DNA of 64,000 nucleotides, taken from a virus. Positions 19,812 through 29,987 of this stretch are shown in pieces (within the stretch, counting starts at the first letter, position 1; each line of letters starts with the position of its first letter). The DNA is taken from positions 1 through 64,000 of the IMG/VR virus record IMGVR_UViG_3300046673_000058; one strand, 5' to 3'. Both the position numbers and the translations under genes were made by a program. The notes under the pieces are model-generated. The model ran no database searches, was not told where the DNA came from, and worked only from the letters and a program-made list of their open reading frames with translations.

Positions 19812-20216
19812 TTATATACTCGCGTAGGGTACTTGCACGACCGCTATACTCATGTTAGTCAAACTAGCTTCTGCGTGCCACGTAAGCTCACAGCCGCCGT
19901 ATGCGCCGCTTGTATTGTCTCTGTTTCCCCAGTGATACGGGAGCCACACGCCTGTTAGTGTTGTGCCGCTTGCTGCCGTAACCGTCTTGTCACTACCTCC
20001 TACTGTCTGGTAGTTCGTAAACGTGACCGTCTGGGTGGTACTAGTGTTCTTAATGAACACAAGGGTCATGAGCGTGTCGCTTAGAGGCACCACCTGGTTT
20101 GCCGCTGCGGATGTAAAGATAAGCTCCGCAGGGTCAAGTGGTGCAACCCCGGACGTTGCGTTCGGCCCAGGGTCTAGCGTGGGGATTATCGGAGTTAAAA
20201 CCGAGAATGTTGTCAT
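19812..20216 (-). CDS. Putative virion structural protein (paralog of 19376..19795)
   Basis: Same shared motifs; directly after tail tube gene; probable start MTTFSV. Confidence 0.6.
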   Translation of the reverse strand: MTTFSVLTPIIPTLDPGPNATSGVAPLDPAELIFTSAAANQVVPLSDTLMTLVFIKNTSTTQTVTFTNYQTVGGSDKTVTAASGTTLTGVWLPYHWGNRDNTSGAYGGCELTWHAEASLTNMSIAVVQVPYASI

Positions 20217-20233
20217 TCGTATCGTGCCCCACA

Positions 20234-20734
20234 CTAGATTGCAACGTAATCGTATGCGCCGTTTCCAGTAAGTTTTCCTGTGTAAGTAATGAGGTTGTCG
20301 TGCGGCCCGTCGAGTGAGAAGTCACTGATTATCGCCCATCCGGTGTACGTTGAACCTGTCCCTGCGGGTTCTCCGTATTTGGGTGTGACAATCTGAACAT
20401 AGATTTGTCCTTCGTCGTTATCGTATGACCCGCTCTCCTCAAACGCGTCCTGTAACGCTACGAGACTTGGGTCCATAGCGCCAGTTGAATCGTCAGTAAT
20501 CCATACGCCGTCAAAGTCGAACGTCCACTGGATAAATCCTCTGACTACCCTGTACCACGGGAATGAATCTTTATGCTGTGCCTTGATAACATCCCCAGTC
20601 CGGCCAAATGTTCCTTTTCTTTGACCTGCGACCTTCGTAAATACCGGGGTGTCTGGCCCTGTTCCGCCAACAGTTCCGGCTGTCATTATATACAGCAGAA
20701 ACTTGCCGCCTAATTGTTCCGTAGGATTCGTCAT
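20234..20734 (-). CDS. Major tail tube protein (TP901-1-like)
   Basis: VAGQRKGTF, WTFDFDG, YTGWAIISDFSLDGPHDNLITYTGKLTGNG. Confidence 0.88.
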   Translation of the reverse strand: MTNPTEQLGGKFLLYIMTAGTVGGTGPDTPVFTKVAGQRKGTFGRTGDVIKAQHKDSFPWYRVVRGFIQWTFDFDGVWITDDSTGAMDPSLVALQDAFEESGSYDNDEGQIYVQIVTPKYGEPAGTGSTYTGWAIISDFSLDGPHDNLITYTGKLTGNGAYDYVAI

Positions 20735-20832
20735 TTATGCCTTGTTTCTCCGATTTACCTATAGTCCTTTAATTCCTTTAGTTCCTTAATCCCATTTTTT
20801 CCATGCATAAGGTATACTCTTTTCTTAATTCC

Positions 20833-21153
20833 TTAGGCTGTCACACCACCCCCGTAGGTTGGTGTGATAATAACAGAGCCGCTGTCGAGCAACTCATCTG
20901 TGGTGCCGTGACCCCACAGCTCATAGTAAAATGCCCCCACGTACGGCGCTGTGTCTGCGGCGGTTAAGTCAACTTCAACGTTAATTGTGGATGTTCCGGT
21001 TATTTTCTTTGGGTCAATATCCTTCGTAATAACTGCGTCTTTTGTGCCGCGGTCAATCATAACCCACACAACAGATGTACCGAACGCTGGGGTGCTACTA
21101 ATTGTGAGTGTAAAGCTTTGGTCTTCACCCTGTACTTCCGCCAAATCAGCCAT
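20833..21153 (-). CDS. BppU-like Ig-fold structural protein
   Basis: QGEDQSFTLT..VITK..VDLTAADT..G.FYYEL. Confidence 0.6.
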   Translation of the reverse strand: MADLAEVQGEDQSFTLTISSTPAFGTSVVWVMIDRGTKDAVITKDIDPKKITGTSTINVEVDLTAADTAPYVGAFYYELWGHGTTDELLDSGSVIITPTYGGGVTA

Positions 21154-21515
21154 TACGGGGTCACCCCATCAGTCAATGACGTGTCAATATCGAACGTCGC
21201 CGTCGCCCCAGGTGCCGGGTAAATCACGCGTGCCTCCGCGCTGATGGTGAGTTTAATTTCATACTGAAACGTTTTACCCCCCATTCCTGTAGTATTGGTA
21301 GAGGCAACGTCCACCGTGAACGCTCCGTCAGTCCCGTCTGTCTTAAAACTAACACCACCAACACTTTTACTCTTCTTAATCTGTGTGGTGCCGTTGTCAG
21401 CCACGAACAATATCTCACTAGCTGTTGAAATGTTGATGCCGTTGTTTGAGGCGTCCACATACTGAAACGTCTGCGGCCAGTCCTCTCCTGCGTAAATCGT
21501 AAAGTCTGCTGTCAT
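21153..21515 (-). CDS. BppU-like Ig-fold structural protein
   Basis: IYAGEDW..F..VD...INIS..GTDGAFTVDV.S.NT..YEIKL; probable start MTADF. Confidence 0.65.
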   Translation of the reverse strand: MTADFTIYAGEDWPQTFQYVDASNNGINISTASEILFVADNGTTQIKKSKSVGGVSFKTDGTDGAFTVDVASTNTTGMGGKTFQYEIKLTISAEARVIYPAPGATATFDIDTSLTDGVTP

Positions 21516-23449
21516 GTTTGTTTTCCTCTTTTGCCGCACGGTAAGACGGTTATCATCTCAGGCGCGCGTTCGGTAATCGGTATTAATGTGACTAGGCGCT
21601 GCCTGCCAGGGATTGTCGAAGGCGCGCGTTCTACCAGTGCTTTTGTTGTCGCACTCAGCCGCGTGGTCGGTACAGTCTGAACCAATCGCTCAGTAATGGT
21701 CATGTCCTCCATAAAGCACGTGTCTATGACAGACTCTAGTGTGAGCGTTCCCGAATATGTCTGCGCCCTAACATCTGTGGGGATGCTGCTCGTCAAGTCC
21801 CTGTGTGTTACGGTTAGCTGATGCTGAACAGTTCCAGAAAGTTGTGCCAAGTCATCTGGTGTTAATAGAATAACAAACGTCGGGGGCGTCGGGTCATAAA
21901 TAGCCCTGACTATTGACGGGTGTACTCTGAATATCGTAGAATCTGCAGTTGTCTTTGTTATACTGGTTCCCAAAACTTCCCACGTTACCGTTGCCTCGCT
22001 GAAATCGCTTACGCTGCCGTTTGCGTCGCGGATAGTGAGGTATAAAAGGTTCTGATGCGTTTGGTTACTAACCGCGATATTGATTGCGGGATTTGTGGCC
22101 TCCGTAAACAAGAACGGAACGCTTATGTCCGTTATATCCGCAGGTACTGTAAGTCCTAACCTGTCGGTTCGGTCAAGCCACCATTCTGCCGTTTGTGCGT
22201 CAGGCGCCCACGGCCAGCAGGAACCTGTTTGCATACAGGATATCCCGTCAAAAGCGCCCCGAAGACCGTTAGCCACGCGGAGTTCTCTGAGTAGGTTCAT
22301 ATCCTGTGACTCCGCCAGCCATTCCCAATAGTGTCGGTTGTTTGGTTCTCCAACACTCTGATACATCCACCACGTCTTACCAGTAGCGTGTTCGGTTCCG
22401 TCGGAATTGATGTTATAGAGCGTGTCAAAGTTTTGTATTACAGGAATCGACGGGAAATTAGTTGCTGCATACGCTTCAAGCGGCATGATTTGTTGAAACA
22501 TCGTCGACGTATAGCATTCAAACTGAACCTCATCGATTTGATTAAGACGATAATCACTATCAGGGGTCGGCGTAATTGTTGAGCCGTCTGGGTTAGTGCC
22601 GCTTAATGAACCTCCGGCGGGTGGTTGCCCTGGTGGAGTAGTAAGCGTGTTCCACGGATACGCATACGCATTATTGGCGCGTGGGTTGTAGCCGCCGGCC
22701 ATTGTTCCACCGCCGACTGAATCAGTGACATAAAATTTAGAGGCCCCGGTTAACCAGCGAAGCTCATTTGTGTACGCAAACTCGCAGGCCCAACCTCTGA
22801 AGTTCGTGCTGTAATTTGTTTCAAGGTATCGCAGTCCCGGGCCGTACAACGAATCGAATGAATAGCCTGTTATGTTCCCCCCCGTATTCTTATGGTCATC
22901 AACATTCCAACCCTGCTCGTCTGCTTCAGCGTCGGTAGCAGGAGTGTTCCACATATATAACCCATCAGGGTCAATGCCCCCCAGCGGCTTATCGGCAGGG
23001 TTAGCAAAACACATATAAAGTCGCCATTCGAGGTCGTAGTCTATCAGAGGAGCGATATATGTGTCATACCAGATGTCCATCGCGGCGTGGGCCGATGCTG
23101 GATATGTTTTGCCGTACACGGTGTTGTCTTGGGTAGTAAATATGCTTTTAAGGGTTGATGGGTCAAGTGATAAGTCATAAATGGCCCTAAGGTCGATTAT
23201 CTGAGTAAGCGACCAGCCATTATCTTTAAAATATTGTAGGTAATCTACATCACCTGTAACCAAGGCCGGTTGTAAAACATTTTGTGAGTAAAGTGTGCAA
23301 CTCCCTTGATAACCGCGCGGCCACGTTAAGAGGGTAGAATCACCCCATGAAGAGCCAGACTCCCAGTGCAGTTGCCCGCTGCACGGGCACGTGCTACTCG
23401 GATTGATGTATTTTACTGGATAGCGCGGTCTTTTTCTCGTCATCATCAC
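21512..23449 (-). CDS. Virion protein: putative glycosidase-like barrel plus C-terminal BppU-like domain
   Basis: Aromatic/acidic core (GWACE, QFECYTS); C-terminal LTIRDANG..DFSEAT..SITKT..ILLTPDDL. Confidence 0.5.
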   Translation of the reverse strand: MMMTRKRPRYPVKYINPSSTCPCSGQLHWESGSSWGDSTLLTWPRGYQGSCTLYSQNVLQPALVTGDVDYLQYFKDNGWSLTQIIDLRAIYDLSLDPSTLKSIFTTQDNTVYGKTYPASAHAAMDIWYDTYIAPLIDYDLEWRLYMCFANPADKPLGGIDPDGLYMWNTPATDAEADEQGWNVDDHKNTGGNITGYSFDSLYGPGLRYLETNYSTNFRGWACEFAYTNELRWLTGASKFYVTDSVGGGTMAGGYNPRANNAYAYPWNTLTTPPGQPPAGGSLSGTNPDGSTITPTPDSDYRLNQIDEVQFECYTSTMFQQIMPLEAYAATNFPSIPVIQNFDTLYNINSDGTEHATGKTWWMYQSVGEPNNRHYWEWLAESQDMNLLRELRVANGLRGAFDGISCMQTGSCWPWAPDAQTAEWWLDRTDRLGLTVPADITDISVPFLFTEATNPAINIAVSNQTHQNLLYLTIRDANGSVSDFSEATVTWEVLGTSITKTTADSTIFRVHPSIVRAIYDPTPPTFVILLTPDDLAQLSGTVQHQLTVTHRDLTSSIPTDVRAQTYSGTLTLESVIDTCFMEDMTITERLVQTVPTTRLSATTKALVERAPSTIPGRQRLVTLIPITERAPEMITVLPCGKRGKQT

Positions 23450-25461
23450 ACCGGAGTAAATTGTAGTCGTGCGCCGTACGCACCTGTGGTAAGTGATTGT
23501 CCAATACGCGCCCCGAACAATTCAGGAAGAAATCCAGCCCCACTTCCGACAACCACCGGCGATGGGTACGAAGTCCCTTCGTTAAATACCACACTCGTTC
23601 TACCACTCACTATTAAGGAACCAGGAAGCAAAAACCAGTTTTGTGTTTGACTTGGTCCGAATAACGCCCAATCGCCAATGATTGTGTCCGCGCTTGCGGG
23701 AATCTGGATATTGGTATCAGTGTAATTAGTAAAGACCTCCCAATTATAAGTATAATCAGAAACAAGCAGGTGATAGGTTCCGTCTACATTGAGCTGAACT
23801 ATTGCGCCGTCAACAAGTGTTGGAAGGAACCCGAATAAGAACTCTAACCCCCTGTAACTGTGGCCCCATAACTGGGACGTAGTTCCACTTGACGTCGTCT
23901 CGGTCCCATCCCACGGCACGATGCCCGTCGTACTGCCGAGTTGCGTTCCAAAACTCCCAGTACGTCCGACGTATGCTAAATTAGAGGTGCTTGCAGGACT
24001 TCGCTGAAGTGGTGGGAGGTTTGTAGGCGTCCACGATGCAAACTCCATCAGAGCCAAGCATTGTATCCCTGCGTACGCTCGAAGCGTCATGATGCCCCAC
24101 CCTGTAGCAGGGCGGTCTAAATATATAGGGGCAGCACCCAAATGCCACGGTGTCGCATAGCCCCCGCCAGTGTATTGTATGTATTCAACCGGACTTGGAT
24201 ACGCCGTCGTGTCGTACACCTCAAACTGCAAGTCATCGAGGTACATAGTCATAGCGCCAACCCCTAAATTGTCAGAGGTGAGTACTCTTATTCCAAACAA
24301 CGCATACGCGGTCGTCGGTTGTGTAAACGTGACTGTGTAAGCATACCGGGTCGGCGCATTATTGGCAAGATTAATCGTCGCCGATTGGTGCTCCAGTAGG
24401 AGCGTTCCGCCTGCGTTGTACTCTCGGATATATATACGAATCTTCCACGGAGTCCCGCTTGGGGATGACGGTGAATTTATCCACAAGCTTGCGGTGTATT
24501 GCGCCCCAGTGGTGGCAACGAGGTGAGAACTAGGCCCTACGTTACTGGTCGCTGCGGGATTCGTAACAAACTCAAGGGAATGCGTCCCGTCCTGAGCCCA
24601 AAACGTTGATGATGAAATTGCCCCTGTAGGGTAGTACTGCATGTCATAAACCGTGCCGCTTTCCAGGCCTGATGCTGCGTTAGTGTCTGTGATTAGATTT
24701 GGGGGATACGTCGCAACTAAGCCGCCACGATTCTGTGCAAAGGTGCATAAGTTTTGTGCGGTATCCGTGTGCGGCCGTTCCCCACCTACAGCAGAAACCC
24801 GCGACTCTAGTTTTGTGCCATCGGCAGAGAGCACACTGGGAAATGCACCAAGTATAATATGTGGTTTCGGATGGGCGGTATCCCCATCAACCACAAACAT
24901 AGGGTCAGGCGGTAGGTCTTCCCCGTCCAAATTATCGCTTATCGACCACGTATAACCGGCTCCTGATACTGTGCCGCTTACATACGTGTGCAATAAGGGG
25001 TACGTCATTGTTAAAGCATTACTGTCTACTGAACTAATCAGATTAATCTCTGAGTGCGTTGCGTCGCTAATAGCAACAGGTCTCGAGGTTCCGATGAAAG
25101 GTGTAAATAAAGAAGCGTTTTCGACCGTTACAACTTCACCGTTAATCGTGCTTATGTTAGAGGTAACGAGTGTGTCCTCTTCTGTGGCACTGTAAAATAA
25201 AGGAACAGCAACACCTACGTTGTTGACTGTATCGTCATAGTTCGGGTCGCCATAGTAGTAGGTAATATCTCCTACATTGGTGAAATTGCAACGGCGCATA
25301 CCGGCCCATGGGAGCACCTTACTGAAGTCGGTCCCTGCATACCAGTTCGCACTTGCGTTCCCGCGAATTAAAAAAGCCCCACCGGATACCAGAGCTCCGC
25401 CACCCCACGGAAACGGGATGCTTGCCGTTGATGTCGGCCATGTTACTGTGTAAAGTGCCAC
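23446..25461 (-). CDS. Tail-fibre-like protein with inserted carbohydrate-binding module
   Basis: PWAGMRRCN, IILGAF, FAQNRG, SYRGLE scaffold; CBM-like NLI..SGLE..DGTHSL..YTASLW..YLDDLQFE. Confidence 0.6.
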   Translation of the reverse strand: MALYTVTWPTSTASIPFPWGGGALVSGGAFLIRGNASANWYAGTDFSKVLPWAGMRRCNFTNVGDITYYYGDPNYDDTVNNVGVAVPLFYSATEEDTLVTSNISTINGEVVTVENASLFTPFIGTSRPVAISDATHSEINLISSVDSNALTMTYPLLHTYVSGTVSGAGYTWSISDNLDGEDLPPDPMFVVDGDTAHPKPHIILGAFPSVLSADGTKLESRVSAVGGERPHTDTAQNLCTFAQNRGGLVATYPPNLITDTNAASGLESGTVYDMQYYPTGAISSSTFWAQDGTHSLEFVTNPAATSNVGPSSHLVATTGAQYTASLWINSPSSPSGTPWKIRIYIREYNAGGTLLLEHQSATINLANNAPTRYAYTVTFTQPTTAYALFGIRVLTSDNLGVGAMTMYLDDLQFEVYDTTAYPSPVEYIQYTGGGYATPWHLGAAPIYLDRPATGWGIMTLRAYAGIQCLALMEFASWTPTNLPPLQRSPASTSNLAYVGRTGSFGTQLGSTTGIVPWDGTETTSSGTTSQLWGHSYRGLEFLFGFLPTLVDGAIVQLNVDGTYHLLVSDYTYNWEVFTNYTDTNIQIPASADTIIGDWALFGPSQTQNWFLLPGSLIVSGRTSVVFNEGTSYPSPVVVGSGAGFLPELFGARIGQSLTTGAYGARLQFTPV

Positions 25462-25490
25462 TGTTTTATCCTAACGCCTAAATCCTAAAG

Positions 25491-27578
25491 TTAAAGCACG
25501 TACATCTTTTTCTTTTTGAATGATTGTTCAATCGGTAGAACGTCCGCGTACGCATTGCCTGACGTTGTAGTGTTTTGGAATAACAATCGGACAATAACGG
25601 GTTGCCCATTAATATTCGTTGATTTGTAGTTCACTGTGTAGTTACCCCATGTAGGTGTTGCGATATTTGCTGAGTATGCCGCATCCATGTTCGCTTCCGC
25701 GAGGACTGCATTTGAACTACTCCAGAGTGGGTCAGCGGTGGGGTCGATTATCTGTAACCTGAACGTGCCCCCTACAATGTCTTTCGTTCCTACAACGGAA
25801 AAAGAGATAGTTTGATTCGGGGGTGCGTAGGTTCTCCAGTTCCAGAATATTGGATTGTTCGCGCCGTATGTCCCATCAACCGCAAGTCTCAGCGTTTCTC
25901 TTGCACCGTGTACGGTTGTGCTCTGTGTATACGCTGTACCCCCTTTCGTCCAACAGTACATCGTATAAAGAGTCCCACCAATGGTACACGCTCGCGCTTG
26001 ATTGTTTGACCACGTCGGTTGAAGGTTGGCGGATGTCAACGTCGTCGTGGTTAGTGTGGAGTTGTAAAGTTCAGTATCAAACGCGGCACCCATATCTGAA
26101 GCAGTTCCGGCGGATGTGCAGTTGTAAATTTTGGTACCCGCGATGTTCATCCCAAGCGTAGTATTCGTCGAATTTTTTGAAACGCAATTTGATAGTGTGC
26201 AGTCAGCAGCAATGTTAAGCATACCGCGCGTCGTATTTTGTAGAGCACACCCACTGTATAACGCTTGTCTCGTACCAGCGGAGTTGTATTCAAATGTCGA
26301 TGCGACGTTAATACCGGCACATCGGTTATACTGATTCCCGTATGCGCCACCACAGAACGCTTCGTTTTGCGTGGTATTGAACAGAACCGAATCGGTAACT
26401 GATGCACCCACACCTAACGTAAGGTATATAACTGCGGCGAGATTGCCATCAAACGTCACCCCGTTCATTGCCCACGATGCGCCAGACGTGATAGATGTTT
26501 GATACGACCGCACGCCGTTCATGACCTGTGATGCGGCAGTTCCTGCTGTTGTTGTAGCGTAGGTGCTCTTGTAAATGAGAATCGGACGTGAATAGATTGC
26601 GACAATATCCCCTACTGTGCGAGCGCCGTCCGTTGCTGGCAACGGCACCGTTAAAACAACAGGATACGCAGAGGTAGCGCCTATTGTCGCTGCGGCCCCA
26701 GAGGTAAGCGCGGAGACCGTATAGAGTCCATTGGCCGCCTCAGTCATTACGGCGTTCTTTGAACCGTTACCGATAAGAATCTGTTGACCGACCTGAAGCC
26801 CCATATTTGCAGCAAGCCATATCGTATCGGTGCCTGAATTGGTTGACCCCGCGCCTGTTAATGTTGTATAAGGAAGGGTTTGAAGTTGGCCGTAATATTT
26901 TTGCGCGCTTGCGGTGATAGCACCCGCCGCGATAAGCTCAATAGTAGTCTGATTGCCCGACGCCCATGTGCCAGGCGATGCGCCGCCAGTTGTCCATGTG
27001 GCAGGAAACGGGATATAATCTGTTGTGGAGTTGCCGACCTGGAGCGTACCTGTGCCGCTTATGCTAATTCCCGTTTTCATCTTGAGGTACGGGTGGAGCA
27101 CCTGATAGCCGACTTCAAAATACGCTATGGGTGCTGTTGATGTGTATGAATACGTAGTAACGGGGATGGTGAGGGTATCCCCTGACACGGTCGTAATGAC
27201 AACGGTTTCACTGTGAACGCCATCTGTAAGCGTTGTCGTCATCCCGCTTGAGAACTTCTTACCTTCGTTGGTTGCTACGGTGACTGATGTAGTCGATGCC
27301 GCCGTTATGTTTGACGTAATTGCAGTACGTAATGCTGCGTCAGAAGTAGCATCGGGAACTGTGCAAGGGTTCGCGGTCGGGAAGGTTAGTTTGCCCGTTG
27401 AGGTTATTGTGAGCCCGGCTAACCCAGTTGTGAAAGCATGTTGGTCAACGTCAAAGACAACGGTCATCCCCGTGGGAATCGCGACGGTCTTATTGTCCAT
27501 GTTCGTGCCGGACGGGTCGGCACCCCATGTTTTATAGGCACTCCATGCACCATCAGAAACAGCTGTGAAGTCGGTCAT
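25491..27578 (-). CDS. Fibre/spike protein (G8-like N-terminus, pectin-lyase-like beta-helix)
   Basis: SDGAWS..TW, V.IPTG..VVFD; Asn/Cys-ladder repeats (LSNC, IYNC, LYNS). Confidence 0.55.
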   Translation of the reverse strand: MTDFTAVSDGAWSAYKTWGADPSGTNMDNKTVAIPTGMTVVFDVDQHAFTTGLAGLTITSTGKLTFPTANPCTVPDATSDAALRTAITSNITAASTTSVTVATNEGKKFSSGMTTTLTDGVHSETVVITTVSGDTLTIPVTTYSYTSTAPIAYFEVGYQVLHPYLKMKTGISISGTGTLQVGNSTTDYIPFPATWTTGGASPGTWASGNQTTIELIAAGAITASAQKYYGQLQTLPYTTLTGAGSTNSGTDTIWLAANMGLQVGQQILIGNGSKNAVMTEAANGLYTVSALTSGAAATIGATSAYPVVLTVPLPATDGARTVGDIVAIYSRPILIYKSTYATTTAGTAASQVMNGVRSYQTSITSGASWAMNGVTFDGNLAAVIYLTLGVGASVTDSVLFNTTQNEAFCGGAYGNQYNRCAGINVASTFEYNSAGTRQALYSGCALQNTTRGMLNIAADCTLSNCVSKNSTNTTLGMNIAGTKIYNCTSAGTASDMGAAFDTELYNSTLTTTTLTSANLQPTWSNNQARACTIGGTLYTMYCWTKGGTAYTQSTTVHGARETLRLAVDGTYGANNPIFWNWRTYAPPNQTISFSVVGTKDIVGGTFRLQIIDPTADPLWSSSNAVLAEANMDAAYSANIATPTWGNYTVNYKSTNINGQPVIVRLLFQNTTTSGNAYADVLPIEQSFKKKKMYVL

Positions 27579-27586
27579 TGTTCACC

Positions 27587-28468
27587 TCACGCTACTGCTC
27601 GAGCAAATACTGTCACAGTCCCAGTGCCGCCACCGGTGGTGACGTTTATCCTCACGGACTTGAACCCTGCACACATCAACTGATACCCATTGTTCAGCGA
27701 CGTGGCCAATGTTACCGAAGTGGCATCGCTGCCGCTCGTTATATCCGTAACGTCTACTAATGGGACGTAGTTCGTACCGTCGATAGATGCCTCAAATGAA
27801 AGCGTCGCCGTTCCGGTAATCGCCGGAGAAGTAGAGCATACGACTGAGAGTGCGAGCATCTTGTAACCCGTTACGTTCATCGCCGTTCCGTATGACTGTC
27901 CCCCTGTAATAGCGTATGCGTTGAGCAGATACCCTGAGACTCTATCCTCTGATGTTTGAAGGGCCTGCTTGAGTATGAAAATGGTCTGGTCGTTCGTAGT
28001 CAAAGAGCCGCCGCTGACGAACCTGTACCTGTAATAAACTGACGATAGAGCCTGTGGTGCAAGGTCAAACGCCTGTGCGGTCGCTGGCGCGGTAACGGTG
28101 ATTGTATGCGTTTGTGTTGCCGTCCAGCTCGAATTGTCTGCGCTTTCGTCTAGGTAAAGCGTGCCCGACTGGTCAACGACAAGCCAACCACGTATACCCC
28201 AAGGTACTGGACTCGTAGTAAAACGATTGACTCCGGTTTGTGTGTATGTTCCCGCTGTCGACCCGCCGCCTTTTAGGGGTGTTGAGGTGAGCGTTGGCGC
28301 TGGGTCGCGATAGCGGCCCGCTTGACCGATGTATGCCGTGCCTGCACCCAGCGTAAGGGCCCCGACGTCGGTTGTTACGTTGACTCCAAGATTACCACTA
28401 GCGTCTACGTTAAGTGGATATTCTTTATTGTTAGTGTCGAGGGCTACTAATGTGATTCTTTGTGTCAT
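27587..28468 (-). CDS. Virion structural protein (Thr/Gly-rich beta protein)
   Basis: DQSGTLY..ESAD..SW, YYRYRF, FEASIDGTNY. Confidence 0.55.
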   Translation of the reverse strand: MTQRITLVALDTNNKEYPLNVDASGNLGVNVTTDVGALTLGAGTAYIGQAGRYRDPAPTLTSTPLKGGGSTAGTYTQTGVNRFTTSPVPWGIRGWLVVDQSGTLYLDESADNSSWTATQTHTITVTAPATAQAFDLAPQALSSVYYRYRFVSGGSLTTNDQTIFILKQALQTSEDRVSGYLLNAYAITGGQSYGTAMNVTGYKMLALSVVCSTSPAITGTATLSFEASIDGTNYVPLVDVTDITSGSDATSVTLATSLNNGYQLMCAGFKSVRINVTTGGGTGTVTVFARAVA

Positions 28469-28477
28469 TTTTTTACC

Positions 28478-29218
28478 TCACGCTAGAGCCACGTAGACGC
28501 AGTACACAGTCGTTGCACCTGTCGCGCCTGCGCTACCACCTACCGTTCCCACTAAATTAACGGGTGATGCGCCAGTGTAGTATTGTAATGGGCTTCCTTG
28601 CGTGGTTATCGTGTCAGCAGCGCCAGCGCTATATGTCAAAACCAGAGGCTGCCATAACAAGGTACCCCTCGTGGAGAGAGTCGTGCCTGTTACATTAGTT
28701 GCCGTAAGCCCCATGCTCGCTATGGGTATGAAGCCTTCAAGCGTGCCGGATATTCCTAATTTTAATGAAGCACTAGCACCGTTCCATGTCTCTGTGCATA
28801 CTGCAATGACGTCAGTGACCAGTGCGTTTGCCGGCATTGCGATAACGTTCTTAGTCGTATCAGCGTGCCCTATCGTCCCTGTTAGAACCTTTACCACGCC
28901 TGCAGCCAACTGAGTGGATGCTATGGCTGCGTTGGAATCCAACTGCGTTCCTAAAATTCCCGCAGAGTCAGAAAGCGAAGCGTGAGTGAATGTCTTTGCA
29001 GTCGTCACCGATTCAGTCACCGCGTTAGCAGCTAGTTTATCGTTTGTAATCGTTCCGGCTGCGATATCGGTTGCTACCACCGTGCCAGGGGCTATATTGG
29101 CGGCAGTTATCGTCGCATTGGCGGGCTGCGTGCCTACAATGCCCGCGCTGTCTGAGAGCATCGGGCCTGTGAGCCACTTACCTCTAAAAAATTTAGCTAA
29201 TTCTGTTTTATATCCCAT
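28478..29218 (-). CDS. Head/neck fibre-like protein
   Basis: 10-aa repeats ATITAANIAP/GTVVATDIAA/GTITNDKLAA; C-terminal MPANALVTDV domain. Confidence 0.55.
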   Translation of the reverse strand: MGYKTELAKFFRGKWLTGPMLSDSAGIVGTQPANATITAANIAPGTVVATDIAAGTITNDKLAANAVTESVTTAKTFTHASLSDSAGILGTQLDSNAAIASTQLAAGVVKVLTGTIGHADTTKNVIAMPANALVTDVIAVCTETWNGASASLKLGISGTLEGFIPIASMGLTATNVTGTTLSTRGTLLWQPLVLTYSAGAADTITTQGSPLQYYTGASPVNLVGTVGGSAGATGATTVYCVYVALA

Positions 29219-29271
29219 TCTTAAACCTCCTCCTCCGTCGCATGGGAATTGCGACTAATCCTAAGACTAGA

Positions 29272-29535
29272 TTACGTACCCTGCCTATTTCCTTTCATCC
29301 GGTTTATTTGCCGGTTCATGTCTTTTAGTAATTTGGCGTTGTATGCACCTTTCGGCACGGATGCGGTTCCGATGTCTGTTACACATATCGTCGTCATTAG
29401 CGTGCCTGCGGTGCCTATGTCGGTAACAAAGCCCGCTTGGGTTTTCAGTTTACCTTCTGAGGCTTTCTTTTCATTTTGTGTTTCAATCGTCTTCTTCTGA
29501 GGTTCCGTCTTCTTCGTTTCTACCTTGTCCATCAT
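29272..29535 (-). CDS. Small basic hypothetical protein
   Basis: GGTGA RBS before MMDKVE..; internal repeat VTDIGTA. Confidence 0.5.
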   Translation of the reverse strand: MMDKVETKKTEPQKKTIETQNEKKASEGKLKTQAGFVTDIGTAGTLMTTICVTDIGTASVPKGAYNAKLLKDMNRQINRMKGNRQGT

Positions 29536-29536
29536 T

Positions 29537-29941
29537 TCACCATGTCTTATCAACCATCTGGTCACGCTTGAACGCCCGCTGGTGCCAATCGGCTTCATCT
29601 TCGGCAGGCGATATTCCACCCACGAAAATCCTAATCTGCCTGGCAGCCTTGCGGCGCAGTTCCTTAGCAAGTGCAACGAAATGGTCATAACGCTGTTGAT
29701 ACGCCCCTTCCCAATCTCCTAACTTTTCCTGCGTAGAAGGTGCGAATTTAGCAACGAGTGCGTCTGCCGCCATAGCAGCAGCCATATAATAATTATTTTG
29801 TTGTTGAATAAAAAAACCCAGCTCCTCGTCTGAAAGGAGCTGGTGGTTGGTGTCGGTGTCCCCTATGAGGAACCGTACTAGGTCAACGTTGTATGTGCCA
29901 TCCGGAAGGACGGCAGGCGTATTTCCGTATGTCCACGTCAT
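29537..29941 (-). CDS. Head-tail adaptor (connector) protein
   Basis: MTWTY, VRFLIGDTD..LLSDEEL; follows the major capsid gene. Confidence 0.85.
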   Translation of the reverse strand: MTWTYGNTPAVLPDGTYNVDLVRFLIGDTDTNHQLLSDEELGFFIQQQNNYYMAAAMAADALVAKFAPSTQEKLGDWEGAYQQRYDHFVALAKELRRKAARQIRIFVGGISPAEDEADWHQRAFKRDQMVDKTW

Positions 29942-29987
29942 AGTTTAGAACACCTCTACCTAATTTTGCACTTTACGCTTCTAGCGT

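Noticed and set aside
20735-20832. Purine-rich AAGGAA(C/T)TAA-like short repeats upstream of the tail tube gene
   Set aside because: Low complexity and degenerate; no structure or function I can support
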